DNA from: Botryllus schlosseri
Taxonomy: Eukaryota
Reading direction: 5' to 3'
DNA: 64,000 nt
Assembly (NCBI GenBank): GCA_051294905.1
Contig: CM119372.1
Coordinates: forward strand, 24,926,001 to 24,990,000
Of the stretch, positions 38,301 through 51,400 are shown in pieces. The position numbers and the translations under genes are program-made. Within the stretch, counting starts at the first letter, position 1. Each line of letters starts with the position of its first letter. The notes below the pieces were generated by a model that was not told the DNA's origin, searched no databases, and saw only the letters and a list, made by a program, of their open reading frames with translations.

Positions 38301-41300
38301 ATGGACGAGGAACTGAAGAAATTTCAGGAACTGTTCAAGGATTGCAAATTCTACCTCTGTCGAGAGGTGCCTCGCGAGCCGTTGGTTTTTGTGATCAGGT
38401 TAGTGTTGTTCTGATGTATGATGCACGGGAAAGTGCGTTTTTGGTAGAACTTCAGTCATTTTTTTTTCTTTCATATCTTGATATTATATACCAGAGAAAA
38501 ATTGAGTGAAATTGGAAGGTTGAGGAATCAAGTCGATCGACTCTCTCCTTAAATAGTTCTGTTTTTCGGGATTTACGGGCTAAAACATATTAATACAATA
38601 TGTGACTTGTTGCCATTCATTTACTTGTCCTTGTGCTATATATAATACAGCCATTTACCTTTCTATAGCCTACTTAGAAATGGATCAGTCAGAAGTAATT
38701 ATCTGCTATTCGGGCACTGCGTTTGAGAGGCCTTCTTGGTCTCATCATACTACATCTATTCTGTGCTATTAAGTTATCTACGGCTGTGTCATTCTATGGT
38801 GAAATTCCATCACTCTACTCTTTTCTTCCTTTATTCAGATCGTTTGGCGGGTGTGTGTCATGGGATGAAATGTTGGGAATAGGATCTACGTTTTCAGAGG
38901 ATGACGAATCGATAACGCATCAAATAGTTGACAGACCTAGCCCCAACATGAAATCGATAACCAGGTAAATTGCCAACTCTTACGTGATCTTGATTGTTTA
39001 GTGTTTCCTTCGATATCTATTTTGCAGACGTTACTTGCAACCGCAGTGGGTTTTTGATTGCGTCAATGCAAGAATGATTCTGCCAGTTACCGGATATTTA
39101 CCAGGCGACGTGTTGCCGCCTCATTTGTCTCCGTTTGTGGACCCCAAGGATGGTTATATTCCACCTGAACAAGAAAGGCTGTTGGCGATGCAAAGGGGTG
39201 AAGATCCAGGTATTCCAGGATTTACTGGAAATTTAAGGCTTGAACAATATTAACGGTGACTTTAGAGCAGGGACGGGCAACTTCACCGGCCGGCGGGCCG
39301 GATATCGCAAAATAGTACTTGGCGGGCCGGATTACAAAATCGATACATTAATCGAGCATTTATCAAACTATATACAAAGAATAAATCGTATTTAATGTAA
39401 ACTTCAAGTTTAAAGCATAGAAACCAGTATTTACTATTTAGTGACTATATTAACCTAATGGAGGCGTACTTCAATAGCTGTTAAAGTCAATCAGACATCT
39501 GTGGTCGATCAAAGTTTTCAAAAAAAATTTTCAACTCGGGCTGAATGTCAGATGCAGAAACCCATAGTAAAGACCAGGCGCGTAGCCAGCCGAAAAATAT
39601 GGGAGGGGTTTGAAATGAAGGGGGCGGGGTTTCGATTTTTATAGCATCAATTCATTAGCGTCAAGTAATGCGTAAATGACGATTATACAATCGCCTCGCG
39701 TTGACAAACTTACGCGTATGATAAGCTTGCCAACGTGTCCGGAAGTGCTGTTAATTAGCGAGTCCCTGATCTCTCGCGAACAATTGAATACGCGAGCTTT
39801 CTCATCGCGTATTACGCGCATATCAACGCATATTGCGTAACCTCGGCGACGATTTGCACAAGTCAAAATGTCCGAGTTGTTATGGAATCTGTTCTATAAT
39901 GGCACCGATTTCAGGTGGTTCAATTTCAAACCTTTCTCATCTTTTATAACTCAAGCATTGACACACATCTTCCGACGGTTATGTTCAAGTATTAGCGAAA
40001 ATCAATCAAGTATGTACGGCAGTACGCACATACATGTTTGAGGTCGATTGCGGACATTCGATGTCATTCAGTTTAGCGATGTCACTCTTTAATCACAATC
40101 GCAAATCCGCATACAATCCATCGAGAGATAGGAGCTAAGCATGCTAGGCCTGAGACGCGATCGTTAGGCTAGCGATGATATCTTTCGTATCAGGCATATT
40201 GCGGATGCGATTGTTGTGTAAGCCAACGATGATATGGTGCGGGACAGGCAAAGCAGATGCGATCGTGCAGGCGATGGTATAGTTCGCACCGGGCCTATTG
40301 CAGATGCGCTTCTTCAAGCCAGTAGAACTAGGCTTGTTAGAGGCGTGATAAATCAGGCTAGCAACGATTGCCGAGCGCGCGCCAATCGATGACTTAATTT
40401 CGCAATCATCTCAGCGAGATCGATTCTCGTTAGTTTTTGCCGTGCTGGATGCAATCGTTGCTAGCCCGATTTATCACTTCTCTAACAAGCCTAGTTCTAC
40501 TGGCTTGAAGAACCGCATCTGCAATAGGCCCGGCCGCGCGCAAGCCTGGCCTGGCTGTGTTAAAGGATTTTAGCAAAAATATGTTGGCGTAGATTGAAAA
40601 ATGCCGTTTGAATACAGTGTTCTTCAGATAACCTGTTGCTATTTCTTTGCTCTTTGTTGATATTAAGCCGTCAAATTGTAGATCAAAGTTGCGTTGCCAT
40701 GTATCGGTGAATGCGTGAGAATTAGCATGGGCAATTGTTGAAGCATAGACCGAATAGAGTTCTAGATTTGATGAGATCGCGGACCACGCGACAATTATGA
40801 ATTACGCGTCGCCAGTGAGGTGAATACTGCAATACATCCGATATTATTAATATTGATTACGCGCGTTCGGAAAAGCGACGCGACGAGTTGTAGCTACACT
40901 GTGACTGTGATTGCATTATACGATATAACGACCTTGTCTCCCTTGCACGCACGTGAAAAAAGCCCTCTCTCGTCTACTGTGCACACAAGAGAAGATGCGA
41001 GAAAAAAGCCATCATATGTATCGGTCATATCATTGCGCAAGAGCGTGCTACAAATTAGCTAGTGCTACCGACCGACGAAATATTGAAATGCATCGAGAGG
41101 GGTTTCGCGTTTCAAAAGTCGGGGGTTCCGACCCCCGAAACCCCCCCTCTGGCTACGCGCCTGGTAAAGACTGCACTTCAACACCAGTTATATTGAACGC
41201 AGCCTTGTCTGAACAAGTTTCATGGCAATCTTTCTCAGGCTGGCAATGTTGGATTCATTCTGTGACGCATAAAATTTGTCAATACTTTCAGATTATAATT

Positions 41301-43471
41301 TCACTCTCTGCGGGCCGTATGTTGTCCGCCCCTGCTTTAGAGACTTGCTATTGTATGGTATTACCACAGATTGTTTGTAAGATCATTTGAGTCGGAGCTC
41401 TGTCTCGTTGCTCAGCCTACATTGAACGGCAAAGTCGGTAGTTTCCACTGTAATGGCACCAAGCGAGTGGTTCAATGCTGCGGTCACAATTCTGTAGTAT
41501 GAATCTCCATTTACGTCACAACACTACTAAGATATCATTTGTTTCCTATTTTCTGAATGGGTCTCTTGACAGGCATCAACAATGAGGATTCCTCCTACTC
41601 TGAAGAGGAGAACAGTGATGACGAGAATGTGGTTTTGCCTGACAACGAAGATGACGGTGATGGTGACGATGTAGAAAATGGAGAGGAAGAGACACAAGAT
41701 GCCAAAAAGGTATGAACATCGGGATAGATATTATTGATCTTGTAAGAATGAAGTGGAATGTAAAGGCAGATTACTTCTGTGTAGTTGTATGTGCCAATGC
41801 TGCTGTTGAAAATTTTTCCATTCCCAATCCTGTGCAGGACTAATTTCTAGCCACAGGGTTCGTTTTAGCGTAGTTTAGAAGGAAATGTCGTTTCTTAACC
41901 ACTATTATCTTTACCTCCCTTAAATCCAGAAATCTGTCATGTCGGTCACCGTCAAAAAAGGAAAAAGATACCATGACTGGAAATCAGAACCGGACCAGGT
42001 TGATGTTTGTGATGTGTCGAAGTTACCTTCAGTTCTAAAACAGATTTGTTTTGTCAGATTGCAGCAGAGGAGAAACGGCTGGCCGTGATGACGATGCCAA
42101 AAAAGAAAATGTATCTTTATAAGAAAATAAAATATGGCGAACGCAGGAAAAATCGGCAGGTAAATGTGTAAACAAATTTTTTAGTGACCTTGTGAGTATT
42201 TTTCCTAGAGATGATTTTACCCAATACTACTTTTACAGAGTAGTCTAATAGTTTTTGCTTACTTGCACTACTTACTAAGCGGTTACGATTGTAGACAAAT
42301 TGCACATGTCTACTCAACAGTTGCCAGTCCATTTGGCAAAACTAGACCTAGGACATTACTATTTTTCTTACATGGAAATCGTCACTTTTAGTAACAACAA
42401 TGACTGCTTAGACCAGTGGTTCTCAACCCTCGGTCCGTGGTAAGTTTCCTGCCGGTTTCAATTCTTGTTTGTTGTTGTTATTCATGGTGTTTCAACTACA
42501 TTGGTCATTTTACACCAGGCCGATACTCTATATTTTTTTACTCCGTATTTACCGACTCGTAGTGTGGCCCACTTCTAAGCTTTTTATAAGACAACACTTG
42601 GGCGTGAATTCTGAAGTAGGACTCGAAACCGCAACCTAACGGTGTTGCAGCTGAGGATCATACCACTACGCTATCTCGCCACCATTCATATCTGTTCTGT
42701 GGGGCTCGTATTGCAAAGGGCCCTACTATATTAAAATCTAAAAATGAATGGGATCTTTGTCCATTAATTGTAGAATAAGACATCAAATTTAAAGTTGATT
42801 TGGCAGTTAGGAAAGAATTTACTGCGTAGTGCCATATAGAGAATACATGTTCTACTTTGGGCATATGTCACAATGGTACCAGTGTCGTAAGAAACAGTTT
42901 AAAAGTAGCCTACAACTCAATTTGGACAAGTTATATGTGAATGCTACCGATGCTTTTAGACAAACTTCGTAAAATTCTGGCAGTGCAATTAAGCGTCAAT
43001 TGACAGTATAATTGAGGCTAGAGCACACAGTAATGTCACATTTCCTTTTACGATACTGAGCAATCACGTTCGTGGAATTAACTTCGCGTGCAGAAACTTC
43101 AGTAGAACCGCATATAAATATCTGTTGTATCAAAAAGCAGGATTAAATGAAGTTTTCAATATTACTTTTGATTTGCATACTATTATCGCAATTATATTAA
43201 GGGATAATATAGATTTCACCGGCTGCAACATTTGTTTTGAAGTTTGACCAGTGGTTTGTCCGGTGTCCACGTGGTCAAAGAGGTTGTGGACCACAAACTT
43301 AGACCACCTTTGATCTTTCGGTCCTTGACTTGGCATTCTTGGCAGTCCTGCTTTATGTTCATCATTTATGATATTCTGTTTCAGATTCAAGAATTGACTG
43401 AAAAGAGACGTGTCATCGACAAGGCTGAGGGGAAGAAGAAGAGGAATGCCAAGAGGCATAAGACGTCTTAA
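32320..43471 (+). CDS. PES1: Pescadillo homolog (PeBoW complex, 60S biogenesis; BRCT domain)
   Basis: Exons 32320-32340, 35572-35706, 35772-35870, 36289-36398, 36742-36869, 36966-37099, 37163-37414, 38178-38398, 38839-38964, 39028-39209, 41573-41709, 41930-41998, 42058-42159, 43385-43471. Motifs: [67 protein letters not shown]. Confidence 0.95.
32440..32650 (+). mobile_element. tRNA-derived SINE (MetaSINE-like central motif), interrupted by a MULE-like element
   Basis: A/B-box-like head tagcgtaatggtt...ggcttcgatcccc, then ccaaagac...cttccctgcttggcgctca. Sequence continues after 34187. Confidence 0.55.
32651..34178. mobile_element. MULE/foldback-like non-autonomous element with ~100-bp repetitive TIRs and an internal CCCTAA-rich minisatellite
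   Basis: TIRs are built of aactcggcacttggtgaattcggc repeats. 9-bp TSD gagtggaat at 32642-32650 and 34179-34187. Confidence 0.8.
33095..33346 (+). mobile_element. LINE-like 3' tail ending AAATAAAGA-(CT)n (second copy 55093-55417)
   Basis: Two near-identical ~250-bp copies with a polyA-signal-like motif and a microsatellite tail. Confidence 0.7.
39268..41334. mobile_element. hAT-type MITE with nested hAT-type element 39575-41163 (PES1 intron 10)
   Basis: Outer 8-bp TSD ctttagag. Inner caggcgcgtagccag...ctggctacgcgcctg with TSD gtaaagac. Confidence 0.8.
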
Positions 43472-46400
43472 GACAGTTTTCTTGGGAATAAATTGCTTTG
43501 ACTAATCATTCTTGTGCTGCATAATAGGTAATACTTCTATCGCGTAGCTGTCGGAGCAAAAATTCATGAAATCGCTGATAGTTGTAAAATTACCAGGGAT
43601 GGTGTGAACGTCTGGATAACGTCTACAGCAGGGGTGTCAAACTATAGATAATTTACTTACGGATAGATACGCAATGCCCGTCGTCACGGTTGCTTGATCA
43701 GAGACAATCTGAGCGCAACTTGATTGCTAATCCCATAGCTGTCGACCCGAGCGCTCCAATTGAATAAAGTTGATCTTATTTGAAAGCTACTGTGGCTCCG
43801 ATTCCGAAAATATACATCAAAATCTGATCAAGGCAATGGAACCCCCTCGAAATACACCTCCAATCTGAAAATCGTCGTGTTGAGTCAAAAACTGTGCTAA
43901 CTAGGGTTAGTTCGGATATCAATAATTTTCACTATCCGGATATTTGGAATTTAGTTAACCGGATAATGAATGCTAAGTGAGATAATCGATTTCACGAGAT
44001 CTGCATGAAAAATGGATCGCAAAATCATTACGCAGTGTTATTGTAGATTTATACGTACGGGCGAATACGAGAAAAATCACGCAAATTTAATGTTCCCTAC
44101 TTCTGCAACTCCCTCCTTATAAATTACACTGCATCAATAGTGGCATCCTGTAGCCGGGACTGGAGTTTTGTAACAATGAGTCCACACGTATTAAATGCCC
44201 TTTCTGCTTCCACAAAATGGGCTGAATATAGTAAGCAGCGCTTCCTTTTTGCCCATTCTTCTGTTTAGGTGTCCAGTACTGGAAGGACGAGTAGTTGATA
44301 CTGGAATTGAGGCCAACATGATAGTTCGCTCTAATTCCTCCATGGGAAATTCACATGATCAGGCCCGTAGCCAGCCGAAAAAATAAGGGGGGGGGGGTGT
44401 TTTAAATAAAACGAGGGGGTTTCGATTTTTTTTCGAATTTAGTATAAGTGGAAATTAATTACGCTTGCACGCACGAACATGTTTGCGAAATGCGAACATT
44501 CGATGTCATTAAGATTCGCGATGTCACTCATTATAATCACAATCGCTGATCGTAATAGTCTTACCGGCATATTGTCTCCAAGTCACCAAGAGATAGGAGC
44601 CAACGCATGCCAGGCCCGAGACTCGATGGTTACGCCAGCGATGATATGATATCGTTCGTACCATGCCTATTGCAGATGCGATTGTGTAGGCCAGCGATAA
44701 TATCGTGAGCATCAAGCCAATGCAGGTGTGATTATGTAGGCCAGTGATGGTATAAAGTCCTTAGATCCTATTGCAGATGGGATTTTGCCAGCGGAACTAT
44801 AGGCTTGTTGAAGACTCGAAAAATCAGGCCAGCAACGATAGCCGAGGTCGCGGCAATCAGTGACCTAATTTGGCGATCTTCACAGCGGGAGATCGCGTCG
44901 CGTTACACACTGCATTGACGTATCTCGCTAATTGGCCGAGCGCAACACTGATAATACGAGTTATTGTAGCTTCCTAAAAGTGTAAAACGCACTATTACCG
45001 ATACTATTTTATCCGGTTAACCGGCAGATTTATATCCGGATATCGGATAATAAAAAACCTTCGGTTAACCGGTTAACCGTTATCCGGATAATCCAACCCT
45101 AGTGGTAACCATCGGTCTACTACACCCAGCACCGTAACTGCCGCACCCCAAACCCCCCAAATGGGGGGGGCCCGAGCTCAAAGGGGGCCCAAAATTATTT
45201 CGTGAATTAGCATAAATAATAAAGTATTTTTTGAAAATTTATGCCAATTTTTCAAAATTTTTTCGCGCTGCGCGCGAATTCAAGAAGCCATTTATCTTTA
45301 TTATTGGGTATTAGGCCATTACCGCGCTACGACGCACCAAGACCTACAATCAAGTTTTAGGCAATATAACATGCGACTCCAAGAAGTGTGCCAGAACGAT
45401 CGGCAGCGAGAAAACCTTGGCCGAAAAGGTCTATGCCCTTATGCTGACCGAAGACTGCGTTCTATATATAAAATACACATAGGTTTAATTGTACATAGGC
45501 GCCTAAATGACTGACGCCGAATGTTCCTGTCTTTGCAATCTGAACCTCACAAGACAAATACCATCCCGCTGGGAAAAAATTTATGCCAGTGAAGAAATAC
45601 CAATTTGAAATCGTGTGCGTCTCTTAGTTTAGAAGCCTACGTTTGGGCGATTCTATATGCTTTGATATAGCAGACTGGAAGTTACGAAATAACATCATGT
45701 AACGAAGTCATATCAACCGGTCCGCCCGCCAGAAGATGTTTAATTATTATTTGCGGGCCATCCCGTTTTCAAGACACTTCACTCAGCTCTACCGGTAAAT
45801 CTAATTACGTGAGTAGAGAGGAAAACAAATTGATAGCATAATATATATGCAATCGCCGATCTGATTGATCTGATTTTCGCGCTTCGCGCTGGCTCACAAT
45901 ACAGTACAGATGATTTCGTGACAAACGCGAACAACGTGATGGGGGGGGGGTCGTTTAATCACCCTATGGGAGCCTAAGACCCACGTTTTTGGGGGCCTGA
46001 CGAGGTGCTGTTTCGTTCCTGCCAACGGGTATACGCTTGAAGATGTTTAATTATTAATGGAGTGGTCCTACCTTTTCAAACACACCTCACTTAGCTTTAC
46101 CGGCAAATGTGATTACGTGAGCAGAGAGAAGATAAAAATTGATAACAATATAGGCAATTCCCGATCATACGGACCGATTCAATCATGAATTGTAGAAATT
46201 TTTCCGCGCTTCGCGCGCTTAGGCAACAAAATCTGATTCAGTCCACAAACTCCCAATGAATATTATAAATAGCGTTAAACAGTGTATCGCCGGAGGGGGG
46301 TCTGGGGGCGAAGCCCCCCAGAAGTTAGGTCTATAACCCTATGGGGGGCCCAAGACCAAAGTTTTGGGGGGGGCCTGACGAAGTGCTGTTACGGCCCTGA

Positions 46401-48426
46401 CTACACCAGAGGTTCTTAACCCTGCCTCCAGCGCCTCGTAAGGGGCACTGGCGATATTGAAGGGGACGGAAACGCTCAGGGGTCGCTGAAGAAAAATGGC
46501 TTCGCAGTAGATGATGTGGTAGTAGGACATATATTGAGTATTCAGAGCAAATTAACATTCCACAAAACATGTCAAATCCCGAAATGTTTGGTCGCGCTAC
46601 GCGATGATGTTGGGTGTTTCCATAAATGTAGTGGGTTATTATCAGTGGTGGCTTTTGGGGTGGGCGAGGTGGGCGGTCGCCCGCCCCCCCCCCCCCCCCC
46701 ACTGGTCGAAGGGGCCCCCTTTTTGGTTTTAGCGCTTTTTTCAAGGGTTTGTAGCGGGAAGACGCGGAAATCCTTGTACCAATCAAGAAAATGATTGCGT
46801 TCAGATGAGTAAAAAGTCCCATATCACGAGAATCATCAAGTCTTTGCAAGTTTGCTTGTCTTTCAAGTTGGTGGGCGAAAGGGGGGTCTGGGCGGCGAAG
46901 CCCCCCAGAAGCTGCGATTATATATACTTATAGCCCCCCCGGAAGTCTCGCCCAGGGCCCCCCTAATCGTAGGGCCACCACTGGTTATTATTATTCATGT
47001 AAAACGAATTGCGCGTACTTTTAGATCGCTAATATGTTCCGCGACCCAGATCAAAATTTGACGAGCTGATTACTAAAAGAAGTCAGCACCTTTGCCCAGA
47101 CTTACTCACGGGCTATTTTGGAAGCTGATTACGTTCAACATATTCGTGAACCCCAGAATAAAGGCCAACGACCCCCCCCCCCCCTATTTGGAACCTTTGG
47201 AAATCTGTGAATAAAGCATTTAAGAGGCCTTAACGATCTCTAGGAATATACCGTACCGTTCTCCTATAATTGCGATTACAATTGGGCTTATTCCAGTAAA
47301 GAAGAAGAATAATAAGAAAGAAAAATATCGTGCATCAGCATAAATATTCCCCCCAAAATATTGTTTTTATGCTGATTTACGAAAAATTCCGGACGTATGG
47401 CAACCCTAACCTACGACGTACCGATCAAGAAGCTGAAGTTTCCCCATTACGCTATCTTGTGGTCTTGTCGGTATAGTCCTTCGTTACGGAGATTCATCTG
47501 ATAATATGAACATTTCACGACGTGCAGTTTAAATCGTAGAAGTGCCAAAACTTTTACCAGGTATTTTGAATAAGCGGTCGTCGGTAGAGGTTTTTGCACA
47601 CCCCGGTGTAAAACATTGCGTCGCCTTGCTGACGCAACCAGCTATGAGAAGAGTACGACATATCAAGCCAGGTCGATGTGAACAATACTAACTATGGAGT
47701 GATTATCCTTAATGTAATTCTAGAGCAGGGTTCTTCAACCGGGTGTATCGTACACCCCAGGGTGTATCATGATTTTTGAAGGGAGTACCACTCAGATGTA
47801 CTGTACAGGGGTGTACCAGATCCGCATTTAATGAGCCGATGACAAGTTATCACAAGAAATACGCCACTTTACGCTTCAAAACAGGTTGACCGGATGTGCA
47901 ACGTCGTACTATAGAGTAGCCTACTCTATAGTCGTACAATGTTCATATATTAACTGTATGCAGCTGTAAGTTACATTCCTTTTCTGGCGCATAAGTCAAT
48001 GTTTCTCCTCATGAATTAACCTTTTGGTAATGAGCTTATTGGTTCCTTTTGAAGTAGAACGACGTGGAGTTAACATGTGTTCAGCTCGCAATATATGTCT
48101 ATGATGATCCTCAAGAAAACCACCACGGTAGCGCAGACATTTGAATTGGTCCTTCTTGCGGCACGTTTATATATAGCGCAGTGTACAATTGCATGGGCGT
48201 AGCCAGGCGGTCTCGAGGGTCGAGTTTGAGAACCACTGAGTTAGGTGGTCGTCTGATAACCTCAACCCGTGATTAGTATTTAGAATTTCCTGTACGTTGC
48301 AGCCTCATTATCATTTCCAATCGGCTGCAGCCTTACTAGAGTTCAATTAACCCAGGGGTGCCTAACCTGCGGACTACGGCCGCATGTGGCCGCGTAAGAC
48401 CTTGTATCATTCGGCCGTCTACACAC

Positions 48427-51400
48427 CGAGGCTTTGGAGCCGGAGCTGGAGCCCGGAGCCCCGGAGCCGTGCATTTTGCTGGAGCCGGAGCTCTACATGA
48501 AATTCAGCCGGATCCGGAGCTGGAGCTAGTTATTTGAGGGGTAAGGATATTTCGAGCGTGAATAGGGGATGGCAGAAGAGTAGCCCAAAACGCCGTTACA
48601 CTCAGCGAACAATTGTCGCGGTGCGAGCTACTCTACTCAATGCGATGTCCGGACCCCGTGGTATTTTATGTTGGAGAGAAATTACTGATTTGATACGCGA
48701 TTTCCAATTTGTAATCATCTGTTTCGTAAATTCAATCTTGATGTCTGCTTGATACTCTAGCATTCCCGGATTATCGCGCACTGTGACTTGTAAATGTGCA
48801 ATGTGCGTACTGCATAGTTTAATTCGTTACGGGCAATGGGCATGGCCCAATGTGCATGGCACAGTGTTTAATTCGATTATTCGATTTGTTTCAACGGGAA
48901 GATATTATATTCCCATAAACTTGGTCGACACCGGATGGACTGGTAACGAGTGCACCAATATCGAACATCAAATCATTGGCCATTTGGTACAAATCGAATT
49001 TCTATTGATCAGAGATGTCCGCCCATATTGCTCTTACTACAGTTACAGTTGAATAATAATCGCTTATTTAAAGATTGAATTGAGCTGTATGGCTTAATGT
49101 TAACGAGTGCAGTGCCAGTGATAAAACGCCGCATCAGAATGTCATACGGTGCACAGCAATGACATTGAGTAAAGTGCGTTCTAGTGCGACTATATGATGT
49201 AATCGACAAGTATTCATTGCGACGTCACAAGCCGACACGGCGGCACCTATGCCTTCGTTGCTGCATCCGATGTCACTCTCTTGATTACTCTAGATCAGTG
49301 GTTCTCAACCGCCGGTCCGCGACGACATTCCTGCCGGTCCGCCAGGTATATTACAATTTTATACTATAATTTCAAAATTGAATGTTGAAGGCTTGTCTAA
49401 TGTCCATTGATAAAATAAATAAAACATCAAATTTTAAACTGATTCATAACTTCGTGAGGTAACATTAGGGCTAGGAAAATGTTCGATTTGACTTAAAGGT
49501 CAAGACGTGTCATTTGACGACATGCGAGCGGCAAGTACTGAACAGACACGAGCTGACTCATCGCTAAACAGCGCAGTTTTTGCGTGATCATTCGTTTTCC
49601 ATTCATTCAATTCGTGCAGGACCGTAACTGGGGCACCCCAAACCGCCCAATTGGAGAGGAGCCGAGCTTGAAAAGGGCCCCAAATTATTTTGCAAATGAG
49701 CATAAATCATAGCATATTTTTTTGAAACTTTCCCCAACATTTTTCAATTTCTTTTCGCGCATTACGCGATTTAGTGTCTCTAAATGTCTTGCTTATTAAG
49801 TGCCCGTATCCGAGAAATACGCATGATTCATAGAAATAGGCATTTCGGCGCCAGCCATCACCACGCCACGACGTACCAACACATAACGAAGTCTAAGTTA
49901 ACATGGGACTCCGAAAGGGGTGCCAAAAATTTGGCCGCGAGAAAACCGATTCAGTCATGACTGATCAATAATTTTCGCTATTGGCGCGATTAAGCTATGC
50001 ATAAACTTTCTGCTTATACTGAGTAGAGTGAATGTGCTCACAAGTACAGGTGAAAACATCCACTCAACTGTAAGTTCTGGGGGCGAAGCCCCCGGAAGGT
50101 TGGCTTATCGCCCTGTGGGGGCCCAAGACCGACGTTTTTGGGGTGGGCTGACGAAGTGCTTTTTCGGTACGGATTTGCGGAAGGCCGGTGTAGCTGCTGT
50201 AAGGTGTTTTCTTGCGGCACGCATTGTATATGTAGTTGCCAGAGTATAGCCTGAGTCTGGTGGCAGCGGGCAATGAGCAAGGTAGCACGACAAGGTGATT
50301 GGTTCGACGGGGGCCGTAACAGCACTTCGCCAGCCCCACTAAAACGTTGGTCTTGGGCCCCCTATATGATGAGAAACCGAACTTCCCCAGAACCCTCCTC
50401 AGGCTGTTCGCTTTTTCCACGAAATCAGTCGTACTGTTTAGTGAGCCAGCGCAAAAATTTTCGATAATTCATGATCAAATCTGTCAATAAAATCGGGAAT
50501 TGCATATATATTGCTATCAATTTCTTGTCCTCTCTGCTCATGTAATCAGATTTGCCGGTAGAGCTGAGTGAGGTGTCCTGGAAACTGATGTAGGGCATGT
50601 TGGTATGACTCCGTAACATGATGTTATTTCGTGATCTCCTCTCTGCTATATCAAAACATATAGAATCGCCCAAACGTAGGCCACTAAGCTGAAAGACGCA
50701 CACGATTTCAGATTGGTATTTCTTCACTGGTATATCAGTGTTGGGATCAAGTCACTACCTTCGAGTCACGAGTCATTTCGAGTCATTGCATATTTGGACT
50801 CGAGTCAAGTCAAGTCAATCGATTTTCGAAGGTGACTCGAGTCAAGTCAAGTCACTCGATTTTTGGAAGTGACTCGAGTCAAGTCAAGTCACGAGTCAAG
50901 TCACATTTCAAGTCAAGTTGCCTTTTCGAAGTATGAGGCATGCCTACGCCATTGCATTTTGCTAGCAGTCCGAAACACAGATTCACTGGTCATTGATTTT
51001 GAACCGATGAACGAATATGAAGTTGAATATACACTTAAGACGGCGCCGTATCGCTTACATAAAACGTAGAAATGCTAAACTACGCAAGTATAATTGCATA
51101 GCCTCAGTTTATAGTTTCCAGCCAAAATAGAGAATAGAGAAACGAATTATTGATAAGAAGCAATTTACTACCCATTTACAAATGGATATGATACAATTCG
51201 AGCCTGCGCCAATGGTCGAGGACTATATAAACTATCTTCGAATTTAATTTCAATAAAACAAGACGTTTGGTTCAGGTACGGAGAACAGTAATAGACATTT
51301 TTCTATTAAAATACTTTACTATACTAGTTTACGACAGCGTAAGCTGTAAGCTTCGATCACTTCGTAAGCGGTCAATTTATTTGTGAGAGAACAATGGAGG

